Of a stretch of 64,000 bases of DNA, positions 41,140 through 54,300 are shown piece after piece. The stretch is taken from assembly GCA_964247055.1 (NCBI GenBank), contig OZ176051.1, positions 5,084,001 through 5,148,000 of the forward strand, in the 5' to 3' direction. The translations under genes were made by a program, and so were the position numbers. The DNA is from Paragordius varius (taxonomy: Eukaryota > Animalia > Nematomorpha). Position 1 is the stretch's first letter. Every line of letters starts with the position of its first letter. The notes below the pieces were generated by a model, which saw nothing but the letters and a program-made list of their open reading frames with translations, was not told the DNA's origin and searched no databases.

Positions 41140-43814
41140 TTAATCAACTTCTTCCATACGAGCCTTATCATCTAGCTCAGCGGCAGAGATTGTGGCATCA
41201 TCTTCCATCTTTGAACCATCACCAGATGCTGCAGAGGGAGTTCCTTCAGCCTCTGTAGAGGGAGTTGGTTCATCATCTTCAATACCTAAACCGAGTTTAA
41301 TCATTCGATAAATGCGGCCAGAGTATTGGGTTGGATCTTCGAGCGTAAAACCAGACGAAAGCAAAGACGTTTCAAACAACAGGATAATGAGATTGCGTGC
41401 TGACTTATCATTCTTATCTGCGTCAATCTTTTGACGGAGTGTTTCAATGATGGCATTGTCAGGATTGATTTCCAAATGCTTTTTAGCAGCCATGTAACCA
41501 AGAGTGCTGTTGTCACGCAAAGCTTGGGCCTTCATGATACGTTCCATATTAGCCGTCCATCCATATTGACTTGTGACAATGCAACAAGGAGAGTTGACCA
41601 AACGATTGGAAAGAGTAACCTTTTCAACTTTGCGATCCAAAATTTCTTTCATAGCCTTGCACAACGGTTCAAATTTAACTTTTTGGTCTTCAAAGCGTTT
41701 TTTCTCCTCCTCGCTTTCAGGGAGTTCAAGACCTTCTTTGGTAACAGAAACGAGCGGTTTTCCATCATACTCCTTAAGTTGTTGAACGCAGTATTCATCA
41801 ATCGGTTCAATCATGTAAATAACTTCAAAACCACGCTTGATAATATTCTCCACCATTGATGATTTTTGGACTTGTTCTTTGCTCTCACCAGTGATGAAAT
41901 AAATGCTCTTTTGGTTCTCTTTCATTCTTTCGACATACTCCTTCAGAGAAATCATTTCGTCGGGTGAAGCTGATGTATAGTAACGCAACAATTCAGACAA
42001 CTTTTTGCGATTTTGGCTATCTTCATGGATACCAAGCTGTATTATAAAAAAGAAAATAATGATAATAGTGACCATAATATATCGTTAAACATTTGTCAAA
42101 TAAAATAATAAAAACCTTCAAATTTTTGGAGAATTGTTCGTAAAATTTCTTATACAACTCCTTGTCTTCAGCTATCTCCTCGAACATTTCAAGGCATTTT
42201 TTAACAATGTTTTTACGGATAACTTTCAAAATCTTATTCTGTTGCAACATTTCACGAGAGATGTTGAGGGGCAAATCTTCTGAGTCAACTACTCCCTTGA
42301 TAAAACAAAGGTATTCTGGCATAAGTTCTTCGCAATTGTCCATAATAAAAACACGTCGGACATAAAGTTTAATATTATTTTTCTTTCGTCGTGTTTCAAA
42401 CATATCGAATGGACATCTTTTTGGGACAAACAAAAGAGCCTTAAATTCAAGTTGACCTTCAACAGAAAAATGCTTGACTGCTAAGTGATCTTCCCAATCA
42501 TTGGTAAGACTTTTGTAAAATTCACCGTATTCTTCTTGCTTGATGTCGTCAGGATTACGAGTCCAGATAGGTTTGGTTTTATTGAGCTCCTCATCTTCGA
42601 CATACTTTTCTTTGATGCGCTTCTTCTTTTTCTCTTTTGTTTTAGTTTCGTCCTCATCAGCAACATCTTCAACTTCTGGTTTTTCCTTGCCTTCGTCTTC
42701 TTTAGTTTCCTCCTCATCTTTTTTATCTTCCGTTTTTTCTGGTTCTTCTTCGTCTTCGCTTATTTCTTTCTCACGTTCCTTTTGTACGACTAGTTTGATG
42801 GGATACCCAATAAATTGACTGTGCTTTTTGACAATTTCCTTGATTTTGCGTTCTTCAAGGTATTCTAATTGATCCTCTTTAAGATGCAAAACTATTTTAG
42901 TACCACGAGGCAATGGATCAGAATTATCTTGTTTGATGGTAAAAGAACCGCCGGCAGATGATTCCCAAGTATATTGTTCATCATCATTGTTTTTAGAAGT
43001 AACGACAACTCTATCGGCAACAAGGTAACAGGAATAAAAACCAACACCAAATTGACCAATCATTGAAATATCTGCACCAGCCTATATAAAATTAAAAAAA
43101 TAAAATAATCGTACACTCTATCATAAAATAAAGTTCGTTATGATTTGTATCAGAACTTGTGAAGCCTTAACACTCGATGGCCAAAGCTGACGGTGAGATA
43201 AAATGGGCAATTTTTAGGTTCGCGTACTGCGGACTGACATTCTAATGGTACTTACCAAAATATTATAAAGGGTCTAAATAATTATGGTCTCAAAGATTAT
43301 AATATCACTTATTAGTATCTCATATTTGCAGTTACACTCCAAATATGAAGAACAAAAATTTAAATAATTCAAAGACATACACCATTTTTACCGCTGGTGT
43401 ATTTTACTAGACTATACTGGCATTAGCGGTTTAAAAATATAAAAAAGATAAATTTAATTTAACCTGCAAAGCTTCCATAAAAGCTTTAGTGCCAGATTTT
43501 GCTATCGTCCCCAAGTTGTTAATCAAATCGGCCTTGGTCATGCCAATACCAGTATCGATAATGGTTAAAGTTTGATCTTCCTTGTTTGGAACTATTTTAA
43601 TGTACAAATCTTTTTCAGCGGCAAGCTTGCTGGGATCGGTCAAACTTTCATAACGAATTTTATCCAATGCGTCCGAAGCATTAGAAATAAGTTCACGCAG
43701 AAATATTTCTTTATTGGAATAAAATGTATTGATGATCAAGCTCATCAATTGGGCAATTTCAGCTTGAAAGGCGTAAGTCTCAACTTCGTCCATTTGATGA
43801 TCGTGAGAGGCCAT
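41140..43814 (-). CDS. HSP90: Cytosolic HSP90, 737 aa; exons 43814-43464, 43081-42116, 42036-41140
   Basis: [31 protein letters not shown], charged linker and terminal MEEVD. Confidence 0.98.
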
Positions 43815-43854
43815 TGTAGAATTATAGTAATATGATACAAAATCACGAGATCCT

Positions 43855-43897
43855 TATTATATATAATGCGATAGAACTTTCTCGATTAATCTAGAAA
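43855..43897 (-). promoter_or_regulatory. HSP90 TATA box and heat-shock element
   Basis: TATATAA about 45 bp upstream of the ATG; alternating pentamers aGAAc tTTCt cGAtt aaTCt aGAAa at 43873-43897. Confidence 0.75.
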
Positions 43898-43981
43898 AAA
43901 ACGTGTATGCGATAAAATTGTAGTAATTGTAAAATTTAAAAATAAAATATAAAGTTATTTGTTTAGGCAAAATAAAGTTAA

Positions 43982-44008
<27 letters not shown>
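43982..44008. repeat. (TA)n microsatellite
   Basis: Direct reading; similar tracts at 51178-51208 and 60431-60454. Confidence 0.9.
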
Positions 44009-44013
<5 letters not shown>

Positions 44014-44547
44014 TATATATTTTTAGGCGCATATTTAATACTTTCTAAAAAAAATGGTAAAATTTACATCTCAAACTTTGGGCCGCCATATTTTTGTTGT
44101 AATTTCTTTGATTTAACTCTTTATGACTTTTTAAAGTAGTTTTATGTCCCACGATTTGAATTTTAATATCTAATAAGTAGTTAGATAAAACTTAATTAAA
44201 AATAGGATTTTTTAGCCTTTTAGGCGCAAAATATGTTTTAAAAAATCGTCCTCTCACACTTGCCACCTTTTTTCCATAAATTTTCTTAATCGCTTATATA
44301 ATAGGTAAATAAGAGTATATTATTGTTAAAAGATGTGAATAATTAAATTTAGTAACTTTCAGGTTGCTTTTTTACAGCAAAAACTTGATATTCTTTAAAT
44401 TTAAAATCAGTTGTTTGTTTAGTTCAATCGTGTTTTGGCGCAGTTCCAATTTTAGACTCTAGATCTTACGAAACTGTAAAACATATCCTTTTTAATCCAA
44501 TAAGAAAAAGATTTAATAATTTAATTTTAACGAACTTAACTTTTTAA

Positions 44548-45128
44548 CACTTGGATTTAAATTGGGGTATTTAAATAACCCAGACTAAATTTAAGTTAGG
44601 ATTTTTAAAAAACTACTGAAGGAAACGGTCCTAATTTAAATTTATGCTTCTATCCTAATAAAAATTATATAAATATGTCAAACTATCTAAATAAAATTTT
44701 GTTTTGAAAAAAAGTTCCATGTCAAACTACTTGGACGCCATTTTTATTTTACAAAATTTTTGCAAAATATCGTCTTCTTTTAATTTTAGGAGTAAAATTA
44801 TAACTAATTTTTTATTTAAATTATATCTAACATTGAAAGAAATAGGAAAAGCGGTTTATTTTGTATTTTTTTTCAATTTTACCATCGCACACATGTCACG
44901 TTGACCAAATTTTTACCTCTCGGTTTTAGCTTAAAATAAGTAATATCAAGTGTTTTTGAAATATTTTTTATATATATTTCGGTTTATTAATGTTATATGA
45001 GTGCAAAATTTTGCCATGGTTTCGATTGCTTCCATATTTTTTAAAGAATTTAATTTTAAACAGGCCTGGGGTATCCAACTACCCCACTTTGAATCGAAGG
45101 ACTAAAATGAATGTGTTGTATCCAAGTG
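44548..45128. mobile_element. piggyBac-like MITE with TTAA TSD
   Basis: TTAA-CACTTGGAT ... ATCCAAGTG-TTAA. Confidence 0.7.
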
Positions 45129-45234
45129 TTAATGCGCAGTTTATTAAGATGTCTGGGATACAAAAACCCCTATAATTCATCGCGGACAAAAAGTGAAAAG
45201 ATCATGAAGTGTTAAATAGGGTTAACTAGAGGCC

Positions 45235-45635
45235 CCAGACTATATTTAAATGGATAAATAAAAACAATTTTAATTTATGCTTCGATAAAAAATCTAAACA
45301 AATTAAAATTCTAATATAGTTTTGAAAAAAACTTCATATCAAGCTACTTCGACGCCGTTAAAGTTAAACATCTAACATTGATGGAAAATGGCTTTGATAT
45401 TTAGCTAAGGCACACATGTCCTATAGGCTAAATTACCTTCGCGTTATCTATAAAATAAGTATCATTTGTTATATAAATATTTCTTTTTTAAATTTCGTAT
45501 CAATATAATATAAGTGGAAACTTTTGCCATGGTTTCAATTTATTCCATATTTTTTATATTTATTTTGTACATGTGATCAATAGTTAGCCCTATTCGAATC
45601 GATGGATTAAAATGAATCCGTTGTATCCAAGTGTT
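45235..45635. mobile_element. Second, direct and diverged copy of the piggyBac-like MITE
   Basis: Shares CTACTTxGACGCC, CACACATGTC, TTTGCCATGGTTTC and GTATCCAAGTG blocks with 44548-45128. Confidence 0.6.
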
Positions 45636-46755
45636 GTTATTTAACCTTTTTTAACAATAATGCATAAATATTTCTTTGCTTGTTGTATAATGTCCAGCTA
45701 GAAAAAATGTTGCATTTGCTTAAAAAATTGTTGCGTTTGGAAAAATGTTTCTTTTGACTGTAAAATATTATAATCGGCAATTATTGATTTTATCTCTCCA
45801 CCAGCCTTATTCTTCATTTAAACAAGTTTTAATCACTGATTTTTGAATAAAATATCAAAAAAATATAAATTTTGTATGCAGGCGCTATCTTTGGTTTCTC
45901 ATCCAATTACATAAAAATGACTAGGGGTAAAAAAATTAACCTTACTTACCCATACTTTGAACTCACATTTTTAAATAGAATGGGTTTTAAACCGTTTGAC
46001 TTTAAGCTCAAATATGGCAATACCAAAGATTATTTTCGAATGCAGCTAATTATATATATTTGATCGGATTCAGATGATATTTACAAAAATACGACGCTTA
46101 ATCTAGGTGAATATAAGAAGGTGTACATTTCCGCACAATGGATATATGATATACTATTTCCGGAACATATCCAACCCGACTTTGGGAGTCTAATTTTAAC
46201 ATAGGTAAGACTCTTGGACGATTTAATGACCTTACCATTTATCTAAGCATTTTTGAAGAGAATACCCATGACAATATTTGTCTATAGTTTAGACCTCACG
46301 TTTTCTAAAAAACTGATTTAATTTTAGGTATATATATTTTCACCACTAGTTCTAATTCCAAAAAGCACAGGTTATAATCCATGATGATTTTAAAATACTT
46401 GCTTGTATCCTCCATGCGGCTTATACGCATAGCTAATAATCATTTATGGAGTCAAAAATAACTGGATTTATTTAAGGTTAAATATCAGGAGTAGATTGGG
46501 TAAATCGGACATTATGAAAGTTAGCTATTAATTTTTGATTTTAACCAAAAAAATATTTATAATATACTATAATATAAAATTTGAAACAAATTTTTTCAGA
46601 TTATTATTTATTTTTTAAAATATTATACGCGTGTTAGAAAAAATTATTAAACATTTAACTAATATTTACTTTTTTCCGAGCTATTTAGCTCATTTATTTA
46701 TTTTCAACTATAATAAAATATTTTGATAATTTTTAAGTATTGTTGAAATTATTAA

Positions 46756-47180
46756 CACTAAGATACAACATTCATTTGAGTACTTCGATTAGGCTAGTTA
46801 GATAGCCCAGGCTTGTTTAAAATAAATTATTTTAAAAAAATATATAATAAATTGAAACAATGGCAAAAGACTTTGATAACATTAATGAGCCGAAATATGA
46901 AAAAAAAGATATATTCAAAAATATTTGATATTATTTATTCCGAGGTAAAACCTAACGGTAAATTTACCCAACAAGACATATTTGCATAGCTAATAAAAAT
47001 AATGCAAAATATACCCTTTTTTCTGTTTATATCAATGTTAAATGTGATTTTATAAAACTAACAATTTTAGGCTTAAAATCAAAAAACACGATATTTTTCA
47101 AAAATTTTGTAAAATAAAATGGCGTCTAAGTAGTTTGATACAAAACTTTTTTTCAAAACTAAATTTATTTAGATATTTTG
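46756..47180. mobile_element. Third, inverted copy of the piggyBac-like MITE
   Basis: Begins TTAA-CACTAAGATAC; its reverse complement aligns by eye with 44680-45132. Confidence 0.65.
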
Positions 47181-47936
47181 GCTTATTTAATAATACTAGC
47201 GTAAATCTCGCGCTGCTACGGAGCCCGAGGAAGTCCTTCAGACTTCTGGGGGGAGGGGGGGTTATTTGAAAAAAGGGACACTAAAATGATCCACATATGT
47301 GAATTATTTCGAAACATTATTTAATAGCTATGATCTCATAAGTATTTCAAAACGGTGCATTCATACTAATATATTGTTTACTTGGGCGAAAAATAGATTC
47401 AAAAAATTATTTTTGTGGACTTTGTTTTTTGAAAAAAATGGCATTTTACGGGGGGAGCGGGTAAAAAGAGGGCCTAAATTAAAAAAGCGAGACGACTATG
47501 TTCGGCGCAATCGAAAATAAGTAAACAAAAATCATATTTGAAATTGAAAGATCCAACCTCAAAGACACAATTTTTGTGGACTTCTGTTTAAAAAAAACCC
47601 GTTTTTCACACGGGGTGGGCCCGAACTGGGGGCCTAATTCAAAAAAAGGGCGAAGCTATAGTCGGGGCATTCATTAATGATTATATTTTTTCGATGCTTG
47701 GATTTGAATGGGTTTACCGGTTTTCCGGTACCAGATCACAAAGCCAGCATTTTCCATTTTTATAAATGATAGATATAGATTAGGATGGAAGCATTAATTT
47801 AAATTGGAAACGTTTCTTTCAGTAGTTTTTTAAAAATATCAACTTAAATTTGTAAGGTATTAGATACCCCTATAATCGAAGTACTAATCACTCCATATTC
47901 TTTTGTCTATTGAAGAATAATCTTTTTTATCAATAG

Positions 47937-48171
47937 ATATCATTTACACTTCGAATTCACAATTATATTTTTTTTATATATTAAAAAATAAAATTTTGTT
48001 TAAATAATAATACTGAAAAATTAATTAACTATGCCATAAAGATATGTTTTACATTAATCATAAGTTATATTATCCCGAAAATAATATATTTTTAGGGTGA
48101 ATTTGAATTGTTTAAGGGTGAACAGAGTGAATTTAAAATGTTCAAGAGGGAATTTGAATTGTAAACGATAT
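47937..48171. mobile_element. TA-flanked MITE, family copy 2
   Basis: Shares internal sequence and GGGTGAATTTGAATTG subrepeats with 3547-3797. Confidence 0.65.
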
Positions 48172-48352
48172 ACTATGTAACTTTGGATATTACAGGTATT
48201 GTTAATTCATTTTCATCTAACATATTTGATATTCCAAAACATGTGTTTACCATTTTGAAGTTTATTTCATTATTTTTTGAAAAGTTTTTAGATGCTGTGC
48301 GGCAAAAGGCTTTTGTTCAAATTAATTTTTTAAATACATTAATCCATTAATT

Positions 48353-48536
48353 CAGTGGTGCACACCCAAAAATTTGGAGGGCGCAAATAATATACTTATC
48401 TAAAGGGCGGTGGACCAGATAATACAGATATAAATTTCAAAGCTGTTTGACACATTTGCAGATATTTATATTCATATAAATACATCGAAAAAATTAATAG
48501 AAAATTCAGCACCAAGAACCGCGGTGAGTATCACTG
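48353..48536. mobile_element. Small hAT-type MITE
   Basis: CAGTGGTGCACACC and GGTGAGTATCACTG (11/14 complementary); flanks CATTAATT and CATTAAAT (7/8). Confidence 0.65.
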
Positions 48537-51174
48537 CATTAAATACACAATTACGAAGAACATGGCAATAAGTTTTGGATAAAAAAAACGGGATCGAAAT
48601 CTTAAGTGAGGTAACCCTTAATCTCAAATTTCAGATGATAAAAAAATCTTTTGAACTAAGTTGATAAAATTATTTACATAAAAAGCAGAACAAGTGTTTT
48701 CTATTAAAATGTTAGGGGTTTTGTAACTGCTTACAATCAAACCTAAATTGCCATATTTAACCTCAAATATAACGCAATTTTATTATATACACTATTAAAA
48801 ATTAAAAGTTTTTACCACATATTGGCAATTTGGTTTATTATAAACAACTGAATTGTTTTTATTTATATTTAGTCTTTTAAAGACTAATAAAAATCCTATA
48901 AACAATTACTGGACACGTTATTTTCTAATATATTATTTAAAACATGCGAATTTTTTAAATTCCGAGAAAAAAATAAAATTACAATTTTCATATTCTTTTC
49001 AATATACATATTAATTTGCAGGGCTGGGATAATATATGATACATTATTTATCTCACAGTGCTCAATTTTAATTAATGTAATCGAATCCAATTTTTATATG
49101 AATAAACAGACCCAACATTTTAATTAAAGTTTTAGTGAGCCCTATACAACGTTAAGGTCGCTATTTTTGTATAAAGCTTTGGCAATTGATAGAGCTCAAA
49201 ACTATATCCCACTCAAACATTTAATCTAAAAAACCTTAGCCTTTATGTTAGTTAGGTCTTACCGACAGGCCATATAAAATTTGTGAGAGTATCCAACTTT
49301 TAAAAATACCAAGTTTTAAAATGGAATAATGTTGGAGGAACGAGTAAAAGCTATTAAAGACTGGCTTTGACGGATAAAACTAGAGCGAAAGACTTTTTAT
49401 AGATCTATTCCCTTCCAATTAAACCCCAAGGCTACCTTGTCTATATTTAAGATTAGCCCAATCTGATTAGAATTAAAAAACCGTTTCATTTTTCCGTAAA
49501 ACAAAGAAAGGGAGAAATATGAGAAAGCTGTGTGCAATTTTTAAATTATATCATACGTAAGTTCAGGAAACAATAGGCCAACGCTGCGAAATATTCTAGC
49601 GTTTGGCATCCATTATTCTTTATAACGTCACATCGGCTTGAATTCATCTATTTATCTATGTTCTTGGTAGCGACTCGTAGCAACATTCAATTTCAAAAGC
49701 TTTAAATGCAAAACATAAAAGATATTTGTACCAAACGCTTTTTTTCATAGAATGAGAATAAATTTAAAGCTCCTTTTCTTCAACTAACCGCATATCAATG
49801 AGGCGCTAAAACGGTACATTTTTATGTGATCTTACGAACGTTATTGACAAGGGCTATACTTCTCTTTTCATTAGGAGTTAGTGAGATATCTTGTTTGTTA
49901 CAATACTTATCCGGTCTTTAATATACTTAGTTATAAATGACAGCTAAATTTAATCGGTGCAACATTTTATTTCCAAAGCCAACCACACAGAGGAAACACC
50001 GCATTTTTAGTTTTAACTACCTGTGACCTCTTCATTCTTGATAGCTTGGCTCCCCAGTAATGTCACTAATTTTAAATATCATTTAAAAAAGTATAGAGAG
50101 TAGATGTAACTTTTTTGGATTATTTATTAGCCTGTGTAATGTCTTTCGTTTGCCGCTAGTCGGAAGGATTTAGTACGAACGCGACTGGATGAACATTGAG
50201 GTATACCATGAAAAAATGCTTATTGCCGCAGACTGCCAATCTCTAGATATTTCTTGCCTCCTTCTAGTTCGCGAAAATGCCTTACCAGAAACGTTGTATA
50301 TTTTGACATGGAACTAATGGGTTGTTGATAAAAGACTCTTTCACTCACGATTCGTTAATAGCGTTAAATACAAAGAAGCTGATCTTTTGAGCGAGATTTT
50401 TCCAGGTATTATTGTGAAATATCTGTGGACAACATACATTCCAAACAATCTTACCAATCAGCACTTCTACCTAAAAAAAACTTTTGAAAAATAAATAATA
50501 CCACACTTAATACATAATGAAGGTTGGCATAGTGCTAAATTATGCCTGTTTTATATAATAAAAGAAAATGCAGTTAACACTCCTGGACCTGCTGGGGTTT
50601 TGATAATTAAAATCCTACTAACTAACTTTCAAAACAGTAGTTTATATACAAGATTGAGTTCTTGGATATAAAATTAATGCATTATGCATCGCGGAAAAAA
50701 ATGAAAAGGTCTAGAAGTGTTAAAACTCTTCTTTATGAATTGGAGTTTATTTGGTTCCGTTTATCAAAAAACCCGTCTGTAACCGGATAAAAATTATAAT
50801 CTTTTAAGTTTTTTTATATTCTTTGTTTTTTAATGTTTTCAATATGATGGATAAGTATCAAGTAATACAAAATGCCTACCAATATAATTTTAAAGCCAAT
50901 ATGTGTTTAAATTAATTTATTTTGATGACTTAAAAACCTATGATATGGTTGTTTAAGCACATATAACTAAAAAAATAGAATTTGGAAAAAACTAACCTCA
51001 ATTTATTGCAGCGCAATTTATTTTGGATTTTTTGCGAAATAACTAAAAAACACAAATAAATGTAGATTCTTATTGATAAAAACCTCATTTTATTATACTA
51101 ACATTTACACCAATAATGCTTGTTGAATCTATAGATGTTATTTTGAATGTGTGCAAAGTAAAAATTAAAGTTGT

Positions 51175-51212
<38 letters not shown>

Positions 51213-51363
51213 CAAGAAAATTTGTTAAAATGAATAGACACAATTTTTATGGGTTGATTCCAAAAAATTTTTACGATTGAATAAAAAGTATCTTACCAAA
51301 TAATTTAGCGGCTGAATTCTTATTATTATTACCCTAAAAAACGATGACTGTGCTTGTAAACAT

Positions 51364-54300
51364 ATGAATCATTTGAATATCGGACGGCTTAACACATGGT
51401 TTTTGAAAGAGTTTCAAAAAAGAGAAATTTTGAATATTCTCGACCAATTTAAGGAAAATAAAGTAAAGTATTTTTTATTTTAGGTTATTATTTGGGATGA
51501 TGGTTTAATTGGACCTTTTGGTTTAATAGTTGATTATCCAGTGCTAAAGGTTGTAAAAACATTATTGACAATAAGGAACATAATGTATTAAAAATGCATA
51601 TTTTGGCAGAAAATTTTGTGGTAAATGAGGATATTAACTGTGTAATATTTATATTGCAAACAAATGTTTCTAATTGTGAGAGTTTCCTCAAGTTGATCAA
51701 AAGGTAATTAAAACTTAAAAGTGTTTTAGAGAACCAAAAATGTTTGAATTAAAACATTGCCATTTGTTTTGGGTTCCAAAACCATATATTCTGTGTGATT
51801 TGTTTTTCAAGGTAATTTTTTGAGATATTTTTAGGAACACAAAATATTCAATTTACTCACAACTATGGCCTCCTTAACTGTTGATTTGTTTCCCTACGAA
51901 TCGGATGTGTTATGTCTAAATTATCCTAATATTTTTAAAGTATATATCTGTTTTTAGTGTAACTTGTTAGAAAATATGGTCAAATCAGGATGTATATAAT
52001 CTTTACCTTTCATCATTGGCCATTCACAAACTGATTCATATTCATCCAGTTTTATCACAATTAAGTCCAAATTTTGTTGCTAAAGGAAATGCTGCAAAAG
52101 TATATAAATGAATAAATTTTTCCAATCATCGCTTTAACAATTTTTAAAAGTTAAATTATTACCTTTAAATTAAATTGCTTATCATATAAATGTTAATATA
52201 ATTAGGAAATACCATTTAAATTTTGGTTATCTTGTATATAATATAATATATTAAACAATAGATGGTTGTCGAGTTATTAATGCAGTATAAACCAGAATCT
52301 ACGTTTGAAAATACACCTATAACTCCGTATGGCGTTAATACTATTGGACAAAACTTAAATGATTTTAAAGGCAAAAATGATGATTTATTTGAGAGAACAC
52401 ATTATTTCTCTGCAAATCACAAATTTTCTGTCATCGTTTTTGATCGAAGTGTTGATTTGTTGTCTCCTTTGCTAACACCCCTTACGTATGAAGCTTTGAT
52501 TGATGAATTATTTCATATTAAAGATGGTAATAATCTCACATTCATACATTATATTCCATTTTTTGGATATTGTTTATTAATTCAGATTATGTAAAATCAA
52601 TTGATATTGTTAGAATTTTTAATTACATAATTAAATCTGTTATGATGCGTTACCTAAAATGATATATACATAAATTAATTAGAAAGGAGGTTTAACATTG
52701 TATTTGAAGGCATACTAATATATATAATATATTTAAATTTTTCGAGATGTTTTGGCAAAATTAAGTTATTTTGCCCTCATTCATCGATTATTCATTAGAA
52801 GCTTATTTGGTATAGACTTTATTTAAAAAATAGGCATATACAGTATGCATTTTAATGTATGTTAAGTAATTTTATTGCCTGCCAAATAACATAAATGGTT
52901 TATCAAAAGCGTAAAATACTGACCCACGAAATTATTTCGTAGTACACATATGAAAGAAGATTGACGTGAGAATTAACATAGGCTTTAATTTGATGGATAT
53001 TTTGTAATGTTAAATTTTGAGAATATTATAGCAAATTATGTTAACATTTGTAATATTGTTGTTACGTATTTAGATGCGGAATTTTGTGGGTTTTTATCTT
53101 TGATAAATTAATAAATAGTAAAATACGTATTTTAAGATATTTTATGTTAATTATTCTTATTAATAATAAATATTTTTCAACATGCTAAATACCTGTATTA
53201 ATCATTATTGGTATTATAATTTTATATAGTTATTATTACTAATTAAAAAAACACAGGTAAATATATAATTGTGAAAATTTAAGTATATTTTAGATTTTTG
53301 TCTTTTATGTTTTGCATTGTTAATTATTAATAATTTTTAAGTATTTCAGACATTTTAATCAGGTAAAAATTCGGTTTTTAAATTTATCAAATTTATTTTT
53401 TTTGTTTTTTTTATGTAACATTGTTAATTGTAATCAATTACTACATAATTTGGACATTTTAATAAATACAGGTAAAATACGGTTTTTAATAAATTTAGTA
53501 AAAAATTAGATTTTTTTTTGTTTTTTAGGTTTTGCATTGTTAATTGTAATTATTTACTACATATTTTGGACATTATAATAAATACAGGTAAAAATTACGG
53601 TTTTTAATAAACTTAGTAAAAATTAGATTTTTTTGTTTTTTAGGTTTTGCATTGATAATTGTAATTATTTACTACATATTTTGGTCATTATAATAAATAC
53701 AGGTAAAAATTGCGGTTTTTAACAAACTTAGTAAAAAAAATTGTTTTTTAGGTTTTGCATTGTTAATTGTAATTAACTACTACATATTTTGGACATTATT
53801 ATAAATAGAGGTAAAAATTGCGATTTTTAACAAATTTAGTAAAAATTTAGTTTTTTTTTTGTTTTTTTAGGTTTTGCATTGTTAATTGTAATTATTTACT
53901 ACGTATATTGGACAATAATAAATACAGGTAAAAATTGCGTTTTTTAATAAATTTAGCTTAACATATTTATATTTTGTATCATTGTTATTTATTATTAATT
54001 AATAAATATTTTGGAAATTTTAATAAATACAGATATAATTGCGGTTGTTTATATATTTGGTATTATTGTTTTTTGATTTAACATCGTTAATCATAATTAA
54101 TTCCTACATATTTGGAAATCTTAATAATTACAGGTGAAAATGGTGCTTTTTAACGAATTTCAAATTTAACATTTTTTGTATTTTGTATCATTGTTATTTA
54201 ATTAATTACTAAATATTTTGGACATTTAAAAAACTGGTGTAAATTCCGGTTTTTAATAAATTAATATACAGGTAAAAATTACTATGATTTGCGGTTTTTC

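Noticed and set aside
41301-42818. Several overlapping and antisense ORFs over HSP90 (e.g. 41431-41859, 42485-42793)
   Set aside because: Shadow frames of a codon-biased gene with no independent motifs.
43082-43463. H/ACA or C/D snoRNA in HSP90 intron 1 (ACCGCT...AGCGGT stem)
   Set aside because: No proper H, ACA, C or D boxes at the expected positions.
47190-47680. ACTAG end plus GC-richer ~160-bp duplicated block as a Helitron
   Set aside because: No convincing subterminal hairpin or matching opposite end was found.
49500-50460. Slightly GC-richer stretch that may be a decayed transposase on the minus strand
   Set aside because: No diagnostic motif could be recovered by eye.
51940-51957. 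Possible 18-nt intron GTATATATCTGTTTTTAG in VPS33A
   Set aside because: It leads to a stop after 13 codons; the acceptor at 51970 (31 nt) restores the conserved frame.
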